Below, piece after piece: positions 36,364 to 46,520 of a DNA stretch of 64,000 nt. Below the pieces are notes generated by a model, which worked only from the letters and a program-made list of their open reading frames with translations, was not told the DNA's origin and made no database searches. How positions within the stretch are numbered: position 1 is the first letter of the stretch; every line of letters starts with the position of its first letter. Source of the DNA: Desulfobacterales bacterium (GTDB lineage Bacteria; Desulfobacterota; Desulfobacteria; Desulfobacterales; UBA2245); assembly GCA_040771865.1 (NCBI GenBank), contig JAXGZF010000007.1:310001-374000 (forward strand). The letters run 5' to 3'. The position numbers and the translations under genes are program-made.

Positions 36364-37680
36364 ATGAAACAAATCAATGTCGGTCTGCTGGGTTGCGGAA
36401 CCGTCGGATCCGGAGTGGCCCGGATATTGATCCACAACCGGGAACTGATTCAATCCCGCCTGGGCGCTGTTCTGAATTTGAAATATGTGGCGGATTCCGA
36501 TCCACAGGCAGCCAAGAGAATCGAATTGGACAAGGGCGTCTTTATTCCGGACGCATTTCAGGTGGTCGAAGATCCGGATATCGATATCGTCGTGGAAATG
36601 ATCGGAGGCCAGGGAATTGCCCGGAAACTGATTCTGCGGGCCATCGAAAACGGCAAGCAGGTGGTCACGGCCAACAAGGCCTTGCTGGCCCACCAGGGCA
36701 ACGCCCTGTTCGAGGCGGCCATGAAACAGGGAGTGGATCTTGCCTATGAAGCCAGCGTGGGCGGATGCATGCCGATCATCAAGACATTGCGCGAATCTCT
36801 GGTCGGTAACCGCATACATTCCATGATCGGAATTCTAAACGGCACCTCTAATTACATCCTGTCCAAGATCACCCGTGAAGGTACGGATTTCATGACCGCC
36901 CTTACCGACGCCCAGGCGAAAGGCTATGCCGAAGCCGACCCCACACTTGATATTCAAGGCATGGATACGGCTCACAAACTGGCCATCATCGTCAGTCTGG
37001 CCTACGGCATAAAAATCAACTACGAGGACATATACATCGAAGGCATCTCCCGCATTACACCGCTGGACATCGCCTTTGCACGTGAGTTCGGCTATACGAT
37101 CAAGCTTCTGGCCATCAGCAAGAACAATGGAGATCAGATAGAGGCCCGGGTCCATCCGACGATGATCCCCAGCGGAAACCTTCTTTCAAACGTCAACGGC
37201 TCGCTCAATGCCGTTATGGTTTCCGGAGACGCCGTAGGAAATATACTGCTTTATGGCCACGGCGCCGGCATGATGCCAACGGGAAGTGCCGTGGTCAGCG
37301 ACATCGTGGACATCGCCCGGAATTTTATTCACGGATCGATCGGCAGAATCCCACTGCTTTCCTGCCAGCCGGATCAGATCAAGAAAACCCCGATCATGCC
37401 CATCGACGAGCTGCAAACGAATTATTACTTCCGGTTTGGCGCCATGGACCGGCCGGGGGTTCTGTCCAAGATTGCCGGCATTCTGGGCGACCAGGACATC
37501 AGCATTCAGTCGGTGCATCAGAAGGGCCGAAAAACGAACGGCTCGGTTCCCATCGTCATGCTGACGCATCAGGCCAGAGAATCCGGCGTGCGTCAGGCCA
37601 TGGCCGAAATTCAACGGCTGGACGTGGTCAGCTACGAACCCATGCTGATTCGAATCGAGGAAGCCAACTCAGAGGGGTGA
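36364..37680 (+). CDS. hom: Homoserine dehydrogenase with ACT domain
   Basis: GCGTVG, TANKA, GILNGTSNYIL, DRPGVL. Confidence 0.97.
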   Translation: MKQINVGLLGCGTVGSGVARILIHNRELIQSRLGAVLNLKYVADSDPQAAKRIELDKGVFIPDAFQVVEDPDIDIVVEMIGGQGIARKLILRAIENGKQVVTANKALLAHQGNALFEAAMKQGVDLAYEASVGGCMPIIKTLRESLVGNRIHSMIGILNGTSNYILSKITREGTDFMTALTDAQAKGYAEADPTLDIQGMDTAHKLAIIVSLAYGIKINYEDIYIEGISRITPLDIAFAREFGYTIKLLAISKNNGDQIEARVHPTMIPSGNLLSNVNGSLNAVMVSGDAVGNILLYGHGAGMMPTGSAVVSDIVDIARNFIHGSIGRIPLLSCQPDQIKKTPIMPIDELQTNYYFRFGAMDRPGVLSKIAGILGDQDISIQSVHQKGRKTNGSVPIVMLTHQARESGVRQAMAEIQRLDVVSYEPMLIRIEEANSEG

Positions 37681-37778
37681 TGATGCTTTCACCGTGAAGA
37701 AAGGATTTGAAGCCATTTCGTTTTTGATTCTCTCAAGATCTTCAGGACCAATCTCAATTGAACATTCCGAGGAATCTT

Positions 37779-38384
37779 ATGCATATTGTCTGTTCTGATC
37801 TGGAAGGCGTATTTGTACCGGAAATATGGATCAATGTGGCCGAACGCACGGGCATCAAGGAGCTGAGGCTGACCACCCGCGACATTTCGGATTACGACGT
37901 TCTGATGAAGCGCCGTCTGGCCATTCTGAAGGAAAAAGGACTCAAAATCGACGATATTACAGACGTAATTGCCGGCATGGAACCCCTGGAAGGGGCCCGC
38001 GAGTTTCTCGACTGGCTCCGGTCGTTCACACAGCTGATCGTCGTTTCGGATACCTTCGTGCAGTTTGCCGGTCCGCTCATGAAAAAGCTCGGATGGCCCA
38101 CCCTGTTCTGCCATGAGCTGATCATCGGTCAGGACCGCTCCGTTGCCGGGTATCGTCTTCGCCAGGCCGACAGCAAGCGCCATGCCGTGATCGCCCTCAA
38201 GGGGCTGAATTACAAGGTCATTGCCATGGGAGATTCCTACAACGACACGAACATGCTTCAGGCAGCCGACACAGGCATCCTGTTCCGTCCACCGGAAAAC
38301 GTGATCAGGGAATTCCCGCAGTTTCCCATCGTCCACGATTATCAGGAACTTCGGCCGCTGATCGAGCAGGCGCTCGGGTGCTGA
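37779..38384 (+). CDS. thrH: Phosphoserine phosphatase/homoserine phosphotransferase ThrH
   Basis: DLEGVFVPEIW, TTRDISDYD, GDSYND. Confidence 0.95.
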   Translation: MHIVCSDLEGVFVPEIWINVAERTGIKELRLTTRDISDYDVLMKRRLAILKEKGLKIDDITDVIAGMEPLEGAREFLDWLRSFTQLIVVSDTFVQFAGPLMKKLGWPTLFCHELIIGQDRSVAGYRLRQADSKRHAVIALKGLNYKVIAMGDSYNDTNMLQAADTGILFRPPENVIREFPQFPIVHDYQELRPLIEQALGC

Positions 38385-38392
38385 GGCGACCC

Positions 38393-38785
38393 ATGAAAAT
38401 CCACCGCACCACATACCGGGTTATTTATGGGGATACCGACGCCATGGGCGTGGTTTACAACTCCAATTATCTGCGGTTGTTTGAAATCGGCCGCAACGAA
38501 TTTTTCCGAGATCTGGACCTGCCCTATCGTGGCATCGAAGGCCGGGGGCTCCACCTTCCGGTGTCCGAAACCTTCTGCAAGTTTGTCTCTCCGGCCCGAT
38601 ACGATGATCTGCTGGAAATTGAGACCCGGCTTGATACGAAAGTCCGGGCAGGACTTAAGTTCGACTATCAGATTTTTAAAAGCGATGTGCTGATCGCCAA
38701 GGGATATACCAAACACGCTTTTGTCAATTCCGAGGGGAAAGTGGTCCGCCCGCCGGACTATGTAGCCCGGCTGATTGGACCATGA
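38393..38785 (+). CDS. YbgC/FadM-family acyl-CoA thioesterase
   Basis: YGDTDAMGVVYNSNY. Confidence 0.9.
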   Translation: MKIHRTTYRVIYGDTDAMGVVYNSNYLRLFEIGRNEFFRDLDLPYRGIEGRGLHLPVSETFCKFVSPARYDDLLEIETRLDTKVRAGLKFDYQIFKSDVLIAKGYTKHAFVNSEGKVVRPPDYVARLIGP

Positions 38786-39156
38786 AAACCGGAAATCACC
38801 GTTCAGATTCGAAATTGCCGGCGACAGCACCGGTCGCCATCGCCGTTCAGCAGACTTCCGAGGGCCTTTGCTTCAAGGTGTTTGTCCAGCCACGATCCTC
38901 CAGAAACATGATCGTAGGAATTCATCAGAACGCCCTGAAGGTCAAGCTCAAGGCACCGCCCGTTGACGGCGCCGCCAACAGGATGTGCATCGAATACCTG
39001 GCCAAATGCCTCGGGGTTGCCAAATCCAGCCTGGAAATCACCGCCGGTCTGACCGGAAGAAACAAGACTCTTCTCGTGCGGGCCGAAACCCAGGCCCAAA
39101 GGGATGAACTTTGCCGGCGCATTCAGAGCCTGCCGGCTTCAGAACAAAGCCCTTGA
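38782..39156 (+). CDS. DUF167 (YggU) family protein
   Basis: VQPRSS, APPVDGAAN. Confidence 0.9.
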   Translation: MKTGNHRSDSKLPATAPVAIAVQQTSEGLCFKVFVQPRSSRNMIVGIHQNALKVKLKAPPVDGAANRMCIEYLAKCLGVAKSSLEITAGLTGRNKTLLVRAETQAQRDELCRRIQSLPASEQSP

Positions 39157-39195
39157 CAACCGGGGTGTTATCTTCTATAGATGGCATCACATTGA

Positions 39196-39272
<77 letters not shown>

Positions 39273-39369
39273 GTAATAAAAACAAGGACTTAGACATCAA
39301 AATCGAAGTCCTTTTTTTTGTACCCTGTTTTTCGATTTCCAGATTCAGATTACTCTTCAGGGATGTCAT

Positions 39370-39401
39370 AAAAAAGAAGGGCCGGCATCTCCGGCCCTTT
39401 T
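39370..39401. terminator. Bidirectional terminator-like hairpin
   Basis: AAGGGCCGG-catct-CCGGCCCTT flanked by A and T runs. Confidence 0.7.
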
Positions 39402-39428
39402 GATCAGTTTCTTTGCGGTGCGTGTCGG

Positions 39429-39695
39429 TTACTCATCTTCGGCTTTGTCGCTGAAAAGCTTTTTGATCACATCCGCATCCAGCTCCAATCGATTTTTAAG
39501 TCCTTCCGTCATAATCCATCGGCAGAGGTATTCTTTCCCGGGTTCCGCGCATTGCAGCCTGGCTTCACCCCGGGGATCTCTGATCCAGTCACCGCTTGCC
39601 GTTTTGACAAATGCCGAGTCGTATTCAATCGGCTTGGCATAAAAAAGCCTTTCTTCTCCGCTGTACCCATCAGGAAGACGTATCGTTTTTTTCAT
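39429..39695 (-). CDS. Small hypothetical protein
   Basis: RBS GAGGGGG and an upstream TTGACT promoter-like site; no competing ORF. Confidence 0.65.
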   Translation of the reverse strand: MKKTIRLPDGYSGEERLFYAKPIEYDSAFVKTASGDWIRDPRGEARLQCAEPGKEYLCRWIMTEGLKNRLELDADVIKKLFSDKAEDE

Positions 39696-39980
39696 CCCTT
39701 TTATCCCCCCTCGTTTGAGTAATGTTGTACTCTATATGCAATTATTCATTCATTTTAGTAGAGTCAAGAACTTTTTTTCCGAAAAGACGGCTTTGTATTA
39801 TTGCATGAAGTTCATTGATCATTTGCAGGTGCTGAAGAAAGAACTGGTCCGAAAAAACTGGACAGATGCATAATTATTAAAACTGCTCTATAATGATCGC
39901 AAAAAAATGCGATTATAAAAAAATACCGGGGCAAAATCATACACCGGCATTCAAGGCCAAACCAGGGGAGGAGGAAAATT

Positions 39981-40838
39981 ATGCGCTGGAAGGATGGACG
40001 ACGCAGCGTCAATGTGGAAGACCGGCGGGGAACGGTGCCCAGGCGGGCGATCGGCGGGGGCATCGGAATTCTTGTGATTGCGGTGATTGCGATGCTGTTT
40101 GGAGTTGACCCCAGCAGTCTGATCAACACACTCAACGAAGGCGGCATGCAGGAGAAGAGCCAGTCGGTTCAGCAGACGGAACTCTCAGCCGAAGAGATCG
40201 AATTGGGCGAGTTTGTATCGGTTGTACTGGCCGATACGGAAGATACCTGGAACGTTCTGTTTTCACAGATAGGTAAAACCTACCAGGAACCGACACTGGT
40301 GTTGTTTTCAGGGGCGGTGGACTCCGCATGCGGCTTTGCGCAGGCGGCGATGGGGCCTTTTTATTGTCCGGCGGATTATAAGGTGTATATTGATTTGAGT
40401 TTTTATCAGGACCTGCAGAAACGCTTCAAGGTTCAGGGAGACTTTGCGCAAGCCTATGTTATCGCTCATGAAGTCGGGCACCATGTGCAAAATCTGTTGG
40501 GCATTTTACCGCAAGTTCACCAATTGCAGCGTCAAAGCAGCCGGACGAAGGCCAATCAGCTCTCCGTGCGCCTCGAATTGCAGGCCGATTGTCTGGCCGG
40601 AGTGTGGGCGAACCACGCCGATAAGGTCCGACATATTCTTGAACGCGGAGATGTCGAGGAAGCTCTGAATGCCGCCAGCAGCATCGGGGATGACCGGATT
40701 CAGAAGCAAAGCGGGGGATACGTGACGCCGGATTCGTTTACGCATGGTTCGTCGGAACAAAGGGTCAGATGGTTTTCGACCGGATTGAAAAAAGGTCAGA
40801 TCGGCGCCTGCGACACTTTTAACACCGATTCACTGTAA
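39981..40838 (+). CDS. ypfJ: YpfJ-like neutral zinc metallopeptidase
   Basis: NVEDRR, GPFYCP, HEVGH, ELQADC, HGSSEQR. Confidence 0.92.
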   Translation: MRWKDGRRSVNVEDRRGTVPRRAIGGGIGILVIAVIAMLFGVDPSSLINTLNEGGMQEKSQSVQQTELSAEEIELGEFVSVVLADTEDTWNVLFSQIGKTYQEPTLVLFSGAVDSACGFAQAAMGPFYCPADYKVYIDLSFYQDLQKRFKVQGDFAQAYVIAHEVGHHVQNLLGILPQVHQLQRQSSRTKANQLSVRLELQADCLAGVWANHADKVRHILERGDVEEALNAASSIGDDRIQKQSGGYVTPDSFTHGSSEQRVRWFSTGLKKGQIGACDTFNTDSL

Positions 40839-40887
40839 TAAAAGTTGTCCTATTTCAAAACAATTGTGAGATTGTGGAGGAGGAACG

Positions 40888-41823
40888 ATGTTGTCGCTAT
40901 TGAAACAATCGAGACTTCTGATGGCCTTTCCCGCACTTCTGTTCATTGTGCCGGTCTTGATGCCCGGCTGTCAGATCCAGTATGAAGATTTGAATCTGAC
41001 CATGTATCAATACCGTGATACAAAAAATTTAGTCCGGTTTGTCTATGACACTTCTCTATTATTGAAAAAAGGCGGCAAGAAAAGTCTGGATTATTTCCGC
41101 AATAACCGTGCACGATTCAGGACGCCGGAATATTATCTTTATATTTACGACATGAAGGGAACCAATATCTTTCATGCCGGCATGGAGCATCTGGAGGGGA
41201 AAAACCTCTGGGATGTAACCGACAAAAACGGCAAAAAAGCAGTGCAGTTTATTGTAGCGGCATTGGAAGATCGCAACAATCCTCACGCGTGGGTTCACTA
41301 TTCGTGGTGGGAACCCGGAAAATTCTATCCGGTTCCAAAATCATCCTGCCATTTCAAGGTCAGAACGCCTGAGGGTGAAGAACTGTTTGTTGGCGGCGGA
41401 ATTGACTATCCCCATGAAGAGAAGGAATTTATCAGAATCATTGTAGATGGCGCCGTTCAATTGACAGAGCAGAAAGGATCGGAAGCGCTTGCCGACATAT
41501 CGGATCCGGTTTCGAAATACAATTACCGGGATGTTCGGGTGTTTGCTTTTCGCCAGGATGGCGAACTCTTGATTTCCCCTGCAATCGCCGACACCTTTTT
41601 TCAGACAAATCTTCTGGATTGTACCGATGAAGTGGGGCACAAACCTTTTGCAAAGGCCATCAAGGAACTTGAGTCTCAGGACAGGGTGTGGGAGGTGTTC
41701 ATCGCAAAAAACAGGTACAAAAGAGAACCGATCAAAAAATCCCTGTACATTCGCAAAACCAGTATTGATGGAAGCGCAATCTATTTTGCGGCGATTACGG
41801 ATCTTCCGGAACCTCCCTATTGA
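40888..41823 (+). CDS. Stand-alone tandem Cache-domain exported protein (probable lipoprotein)
   Basis: Signal peptide ending LMPGC; two sCache_2-like repeats (YLYIYD..GKNLWDVTDKNGK; VFAF..TNLLDCTDEVGHK); no output domain. Confidence 0.75.
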   Translation: MLSLLKQSRLLMAFPALLFIVPVLMPGCQIQYEDLNLTMYQYRDTKNLVRFVYDTSLLLKKGGKKSLDYFRNNRARFRTPEYYLYIYDMKGTNIFHAGMEHLEGKNLWDVTDKNGKKAVQFIVAALEDRNNPHAWVHYSWWEPGKFYPVPKSSCHFKVRTPEGEELFVGGGIDYPHEEKEFIRIIVDGAVQLTEQKGSEALADISDPVSKYNYRDVRVFAFRQDGELLISPAIADTFFQTNLLDCTDEVGHKPFAKAIKELESQDRVWEVFIAKNRYKREPIKKSLYIRKTSIDGSAIYFAAITDLPEPPY

Positions 41824-41837
41824 AACAGGAGCATTTC

Positions 41838-43208
41838 ATGGCAAAAGACGGCAAGCATTACGAGTATTCAGTAAACCAGGTTCCCCCCGCGGGACACCTG
41901 CTGGTATTATCTTTTCAACACGTCCTTCTGCTGTTTGTATCTCTCGCCTTCCCGATCCTCTTTGCCGCTCAGCTGAATGAGACGACTGAATTTGCCGCCA
42001 CCCTGCTCGCTTTTTCAATGATTGCAGCGGGCTTCGGTTCCATCATTCAGGCACTACGATTGCCATTTATCGGTTCCGGTTATCTGTGCCCGAATGTGGT
42101 GGGTCCCTCCTACTTCAGTTTGTCGTTGTCGGCCGCATGGGCCGGGGGGATTCCGCTCATGCGGGGAATGATCATTGTTGCCGGACTGGCCGAAATGGCG
42201 CTGGCCCCTGTCATTGAAAAACTCAAAAAACTTTTTCCCACATATATTGTCGGACTGGTCATGCTCATGATCGGCATCAGCATCATCAAACCGGCGGTCG
42301 CCTCGTTTTTCGGGCTGGCGTTTCGTGACGATGCAATTAAAAGTATCGATATTTTCGTGGGCATGTTTTCTCTCTTCGTGATGGTCTTGGCCAATGTCTG
42401 GGGCAAGGGATTTGTCAAAATGTACTGCCTGCTGATCGGCATGCTGGCAGGGTGGATTCTGGCGCTGATCATCATGCCTGAATACTGGCACTCTCTTGCG
42501 GTTGTGAAAGATTATCCTCTGTTTGCCCTGCCTGTTATCGGACCGCAATTCAGCGGAATCAAATTTGATTTTGGAATGATGCTAACCGTTTCCATCGTTG
42601 CCATAATTGGTTCGCTTAAATCCTTCGGCAATCTTCTGGTTGCTCAGAAAATATCGGAACCGGAATTAAAAGAAACGAATTTCATTCCTATCAGAAACGG
42701 TCTAATGGCGGATGGCTTCTCAACCGTGCTGGCCGGATTGATGGGCGGAATGGCGGTGGACACCTCGTCCAGCAATATCGGTGTAGCAGGCGCCACGAAA
42801 GTCGTCAGCCGGTGGATCTGCGTCTGCGCAGGAGTTATTTTTCTTGCACTGGCTTTCTTTCCAAAGGTTTTAACGGTTTTGACGATGATTCCCAAGCCCG
42901 TTTTGGGAGGTGCGCTGACCTTCGCCGGCAGTTTCATGGTATGCAGCGGTCTTGAGGAAATGTTCAGCGAAGCATGGAATTCACGCAAAACCTTTGTTGT
43001 GGGAATATCGCTCTTTTTCGGGTTGAGCACCGGGTTTCTGCCGAGCCTGTATGCGCGCGCCCCGCATTTCATTCAAAGCCTTTTTACTGACCCGCTGTCA
43101 ACGACTACCATTATCGCGATTATCCTGAACCAGATTTTCAATTTGGATATCATGATAGAAAACCTGAGGAACAAGGCCAGTCTGGATCGAGTCAGGACAG
43201 GTGCCTGA
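41838..43208 (+). CDS. NCS2/NAT (xanthine/uracil permease) family transporter
   Basis: TM1 QH, GSGYLCP, GLMADG, motif SNIGVAGATK, IPKPVLGG. Confidence 0.88.
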   Translation: MAKDGKHYEYSVNQVPPAGHLLVLSFQHVLLLFVSLAFPILFAAQLNETTEFAATLLAFSMIAAGFGSIIQALRLPFIGSGYLCPNVVGPSYFSLSLSAAWAGGIPLMRGMIIVAGLAEMALAPVIEKLKKLFPTYIVGLVMLMIGISIIKPAVASFFGLAFRDDAIKSIDIFVGMFSLFVMVLANVWGKGFVKMYCLLIGMLAGWILALIIMPEYWHSLAVVKDYPLFALPVIGPQFSGIKFDFGMMLTVSIVAIIGSLKSFGNLLVAQKISEPELKETNFIPIRNGLMADGFSTVLAGLMGGMAVDTSSSNIGVAGATKVVSRWICVCAGVIFLALAFFPKVLTVLTMIPKPVLGGALTFAGSFMVCSGLEEMFSEAWNSRKTFVVGISLFFGLSTGFLPSLYARAPHFIQSLFTDPLSTTTIIAIILNQIFNLDIMIENLRNKASLDRVRTGA

Positions 43209-43409
43209 TACGGGAGAACGAACAGCACCGAGTTGCTCGCTGGAAAAATGTGAAAGCGTTTTTGGCATTGCATGCATGTGATGCTCAAATATTCAGAATC
43301 AAAGATTTATGTTGCGTTCAAATGAGATTCCACTTTACAGCCTTCGAAAGACCTGTTATTGTCGCGACAATATAACCGTTGTTCCTGCATGAAAGCGAAA
43401 GCATCGTAC

Positions 43410-43441
43410 AGCCCCGGGGTTATCCCGGGGCTTTTCTTTTT
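43410..43441 (+). terminator. Intrinsic terminator in the helicase leader
   Basis: AGCCCCGGG-gttat-CCCGGGGCT-TTTCTTTTT. Confidence 0.75.
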
Positions 43442-43464
43442 GGGAACACAGAAAGAAGGAATTT

Positions 43465-44766
43465 ATGAATTTTCAAGTATTCAATCTGCATCCCGGCGTT
43501 CTGGCCGGGGTTAAAGGGGCGGGTTTTGTCACGCCGACGCCCATTCAGACCCAGGCGATTCCGCCGGTCATGCTGGGAAGTGACGTGATCGGACTGGCCC
43601 AGACCGGAACCGGCAAAACGGCCGCCTTTGCGCTGCCGATCCTGCATCGTCTGATGCAGGGTAAACGCGGCTGCATTCGCGCATTGATCGTCGCTCCCAC
43701 TCGAGAACTGACCGAACAGATTCACAAGGCAATCGAAATGCTCGCAGGGAAAACCGGCCTGCGCAGCGTCTCGGTATACGGCGGCGTGAACATCAACGCC
43801 CAGATTCAGAAATTAAGGAAGGGCTCCGAAATCGTGGTCGCCTGCCCGGGTCGCCTGCTCGATCATATCGACCGGAAAACCGTCGATCTTTCCAGTGTGG
43901 AAATGCTGGTCCTGGACGAGGCGGACCACATGTTCGACATGGGATTTTTGCCCGACGTTCGAAAGATTTTGCAGCACCTGCCGGCAGAGCGCCAGACGCT
44001 TCTGTTTTCAGCGACCATGCCCGCCGAAATCCGGCATCTGGCCAAGGATATTCTGCGCAACCCGATCGCCGTTCAGGTGGGAAATACTGCGCCGGCGGAT
44101 ACCGTCAGCCACGCCCTTTACCCGGTGGCTTCTCATTTAAAAACCGCCCTGCTGATCAATATTCTGCGTCAGACCTCCAGCGGATCGGTGCTGGTTTTTA
44201 CTCGCACCAAGCAGCGGGCCAAGCGCCTCGGAGAACAGCTTGTCAGGGCCGGCTACCGTTCGGCATCCCTACAGGGAAACCTTTCGCAGGCAAAACGCCA
44301 AGCCGCGCTGGACGGGTTTCGCGCCGGAACATTTCAAATTCTGGTGGCCACCGACATCGCCGCCCGCGGCATCGACGTTTCCCGGGTTTCGCATGTCATC
44401 AATTACGATATTCCGAATACGCCGGATGCCTACATACACCGCATCGGACGGACCGGCCGGGCCGAACGCAGGGGTGAGGCCCTCACTCTGGTCACCGGCG
44501 AGGACGCCAATATGGTGAGGGCCATCGACCGGGTTCTCGGATCCAGGATCGAACGCCGTATCCTGGCGGACTTTGACTACAATGCTGCTGAACCGCAGAA
44601 GCCTTTCACCGGCTTTCGTCCGTCTCAGCCGGCATTGTATGCAGGAGCAAAAAGCCGGAAACACACGTCCGCGCCTTACACCCCAAAGGAAAAACCTTTC
44701 GAGCATGGAAAGCAGCGGGCCGGTCGATCTGCGACTCGTACCACAGGTCTGCGCTCGACCCGCTGA
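43465..44766 (+). CDS. rhlE: DEAD-box RNA helicase (RhlE-like)
   Basis: AQTGTGKT, PTREL, DEAD, SAT, HRIGRTGR. Confidence 0.93.
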   Translation: MNFQVFNLHPGVLAGVKGAGFVTPTPIQTQAIPPVMLGSDVIGLAQTGTGKTAAFALPILHRLMQGKRGCIRALIVAPTRELTEQIHKAIEMLAGKTGLRSVSVYGGVNINAQIQKLRKGSEIVVACPGRLLDHIDRKTVDLSSVEMLVLDEADHMFDMGFLPDVRKILQHLPAERQTLLFSATMPAEIRHLAKDILRNPIAVQVGNTAPADTVSHALYPVASHLKTALLINILRQTSSGSVLVFTRTKQRAKRLGEQLVRAGYRSASLQGNLSQAKRQAALDGFRAGTFQILVATDIAARGIDVSRVSHVINYDIPNTPDAYIHRIGRTGRAERRGEALTLVTGEDANMVRAIDRVLGSRIERRILADFDYNAAEPQKPFTGFRPSQPALYAGAKSRKHTSAPYTPKEKPFEHGKQRAGRSATRTTGLRSTR

Positions 44767-44936
44767 AAATCACGACCGATCAATCGGGTTTCAAAAAATA
44801 TGAAAGACTGGAGCTCACGCACACCGTCTGCCCAGGCCTTCGTATATGTGTATACGGCAAAACAGACTGCTGGACGGCATCGGCAAGAACGGACCTGCAC
44901 TCCGGGTGAGCACGTCCTGCCGGCTGCATACCTACT

Positions 44937-44971
44937 AAAAAAAGGGCGCGCCCTGTGGCGCGCCCTTTTTT
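44937..44971. terminator. Bidirectional terminator
   Basis: A run-GGGCGCGCC-ctgt-GGCGCGCCC-T run between convergent genes. Confidence 0.85.
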
Positions 44972-45032
44972 AGTTCATTTCAAACCGACCAACCGATGAT
45001 CGGTTTTGCATTCATATGACGGCAGCCGGAGA

Positions 45033-46445
45033 TTACCAGCCGCGGGTCAGATATTCGTGCATGGAGTTGGCGGCGTTTCTTCCGGCACCCATGGCCAGAA
45101 TAACGGTCGCCGATCCGGTAACGATATCGCCACCGGCCCAGACGCCCTTCTTGGAGGTCTTTCCGTCTTTCTCATCAGCAATAATGTAGCCCCACTTGTT
45201 GAGATTCAGGCCTGCCGTGGTCTGGGTCAGCAGCGGGTTGGCGCCGGTACCCACGGCGATGATGACAAGGTCGGTCTCCATGGTGAACTCGGAGCCCGGA
45301 ATCGGAACCGGACGACGGCGACCGGATGCATCCGGTTCGCCAAGCTCCATCTTCAAGCCTTCCATTGCCACAACGCGGCCCTCGGCATTGCCGATGAATT
45401 TCACCGGAGCAGTCAGGAAATGGAATTCAACTCCTTCTTCCTCGGCATGATGCACTTCGGCGGCTCTTGCGGGAACTTCGGCTCTGGACCGGCGGTAAAC
45501 GATCTTGGAGCTGTCAGCGCCCAGACGCAGAGCGGTACGGGCCGAATCCATGGCCACGTTGCCTGCGCCGAGGGTAATGACGTTCTTGCCAAGAATGATC
45601 GGGGTGTCGTATTCGGGGAACCGGTAAGCCTTCATCAGGTTGGAACGGGTCAGATATTCATTGGCCGACATGATGCCGATCAGGTTCTCGCCCGGCACAT
45701 TGAGGAAGGTGGGAAGGCCTGCGCCCACGCCAAGGAAGATCGCATCATATCCCTGCGCAAACAGTTCTTCCAGGCTGAAAATCCGGCCGACGACCGCGTT
45801 GCACTGCAGTTTCACGCCGAGTTTCTCAAGGCCTTCGACTTCTGAGAAGACAATTTCCTTGGGCAGACGGAATTCGGGAATTCCGTAAACAAGCACGCCG
45901 CCGGGTCTGTGGAAGGCCTCAAACAGTGAGACTTCGTGGCCCTTGAGGATCATGTCGCCCGCAACGGTCAAACCGGCGGGACCGGAACCGACTACTGCCA
46001 CCTTCTTGCCCGTGGGAGCCGCTTTTGTCGGCATGGGGGCCTTGCGGTTCTTGCGCTCATAGTCGGCCACAAAGCGCTCGAGATTTCCGATGGCAACCGG
46101 CTGATCTTTCTTGCCGACCACGCACTTGCCCTCGCACTGGAGCTCCTGGGGACATACGCGGCCGCAAACCGCGGGAAGACCGTTTTTCTCCCAGATCAAG
46201 CTGATGGATTCGGTAAACTTGCCTTCCTTGATCAGGCCGATGAATCCGGGAATATCCACGCTGACCGGGCATCCTTCCATGCAGGCGGGATTTTTGCACT
46301 GCAGGCATCTTTCGGCTTCTTTTATTGCGGCTTCGGGACTGAGGCCAAAAGGAACCTCTTCAAAATTTTTTCTGCGAACCTCCGGCTTTTGTTCCGGCAT
46401 GGGCTGTCTGGGTATTTTTTCTTTCTTAACTGGTTTTTCCACCAT
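45033..46445 (-). CDS. gltA: NADPH-dependent glutamate synthase small-subunit homolog / NfnB(SudA)-like
   Basis: RCLQC..CMEGCP, CGRVCPQE.QC, GSGPAG, YGIPEFRLPK, GAGNVAMD, YRRSR. Confidence 0.9.
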   Translation of the reverse strand: MVEKPVKKEKIPRQPMPEQKPEVRRKNFEEVPFGLSPEAAIKEAERCLQCKNPACMEGCPVSVDIPGFIGLIKEGKFTESISLIWEKNGLPAVCGRVCPQELQCEGKCVVGKKDQPVAIGNLERFVADYERKNRKAPMPTKAAPTGKKVAVVGSGPAGLTVAGDMILKGHEVSLFEAFHRPGGVLVYGIPEFRLPKEIVFSEVEGLEKLGVKLQCNAVVGRIFSLEELFAQGYDAIFLGVGAGLPTFLNVPGENLIGIMSANEYLTRSNLMKAYRFPEYDTPIILGKNVITLGAGNVAMDSARTALRLGADSSKIVYRRSRAEVPARAAEVHHAEEEGVEFHFLTAPVKFIGNAEGRVVAMEGLKMELGEPDASGRRRPVPIPGSEFTMETDLVIIAVGTGANPLLTQTTAGLNLNKWGYIIADEKDGKTSKKGVWAGGDIVTGSATVILAMGAGRNAANSMHEYLTRGW

Positions 46446-46520
46446 AATATCCTCCGCTAAACATGTGGCTTGACCTGTTGGGTCAAATAATTAATGTTCC
46501 TTTTATATCCCAATCCTTAA

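Noticed and set aside
37687..37750. Degenerate TTCACC.TGAAG...CTTCA palindrome between hom and thrH
   Set aside because: Too decayed and single-copy in the window.
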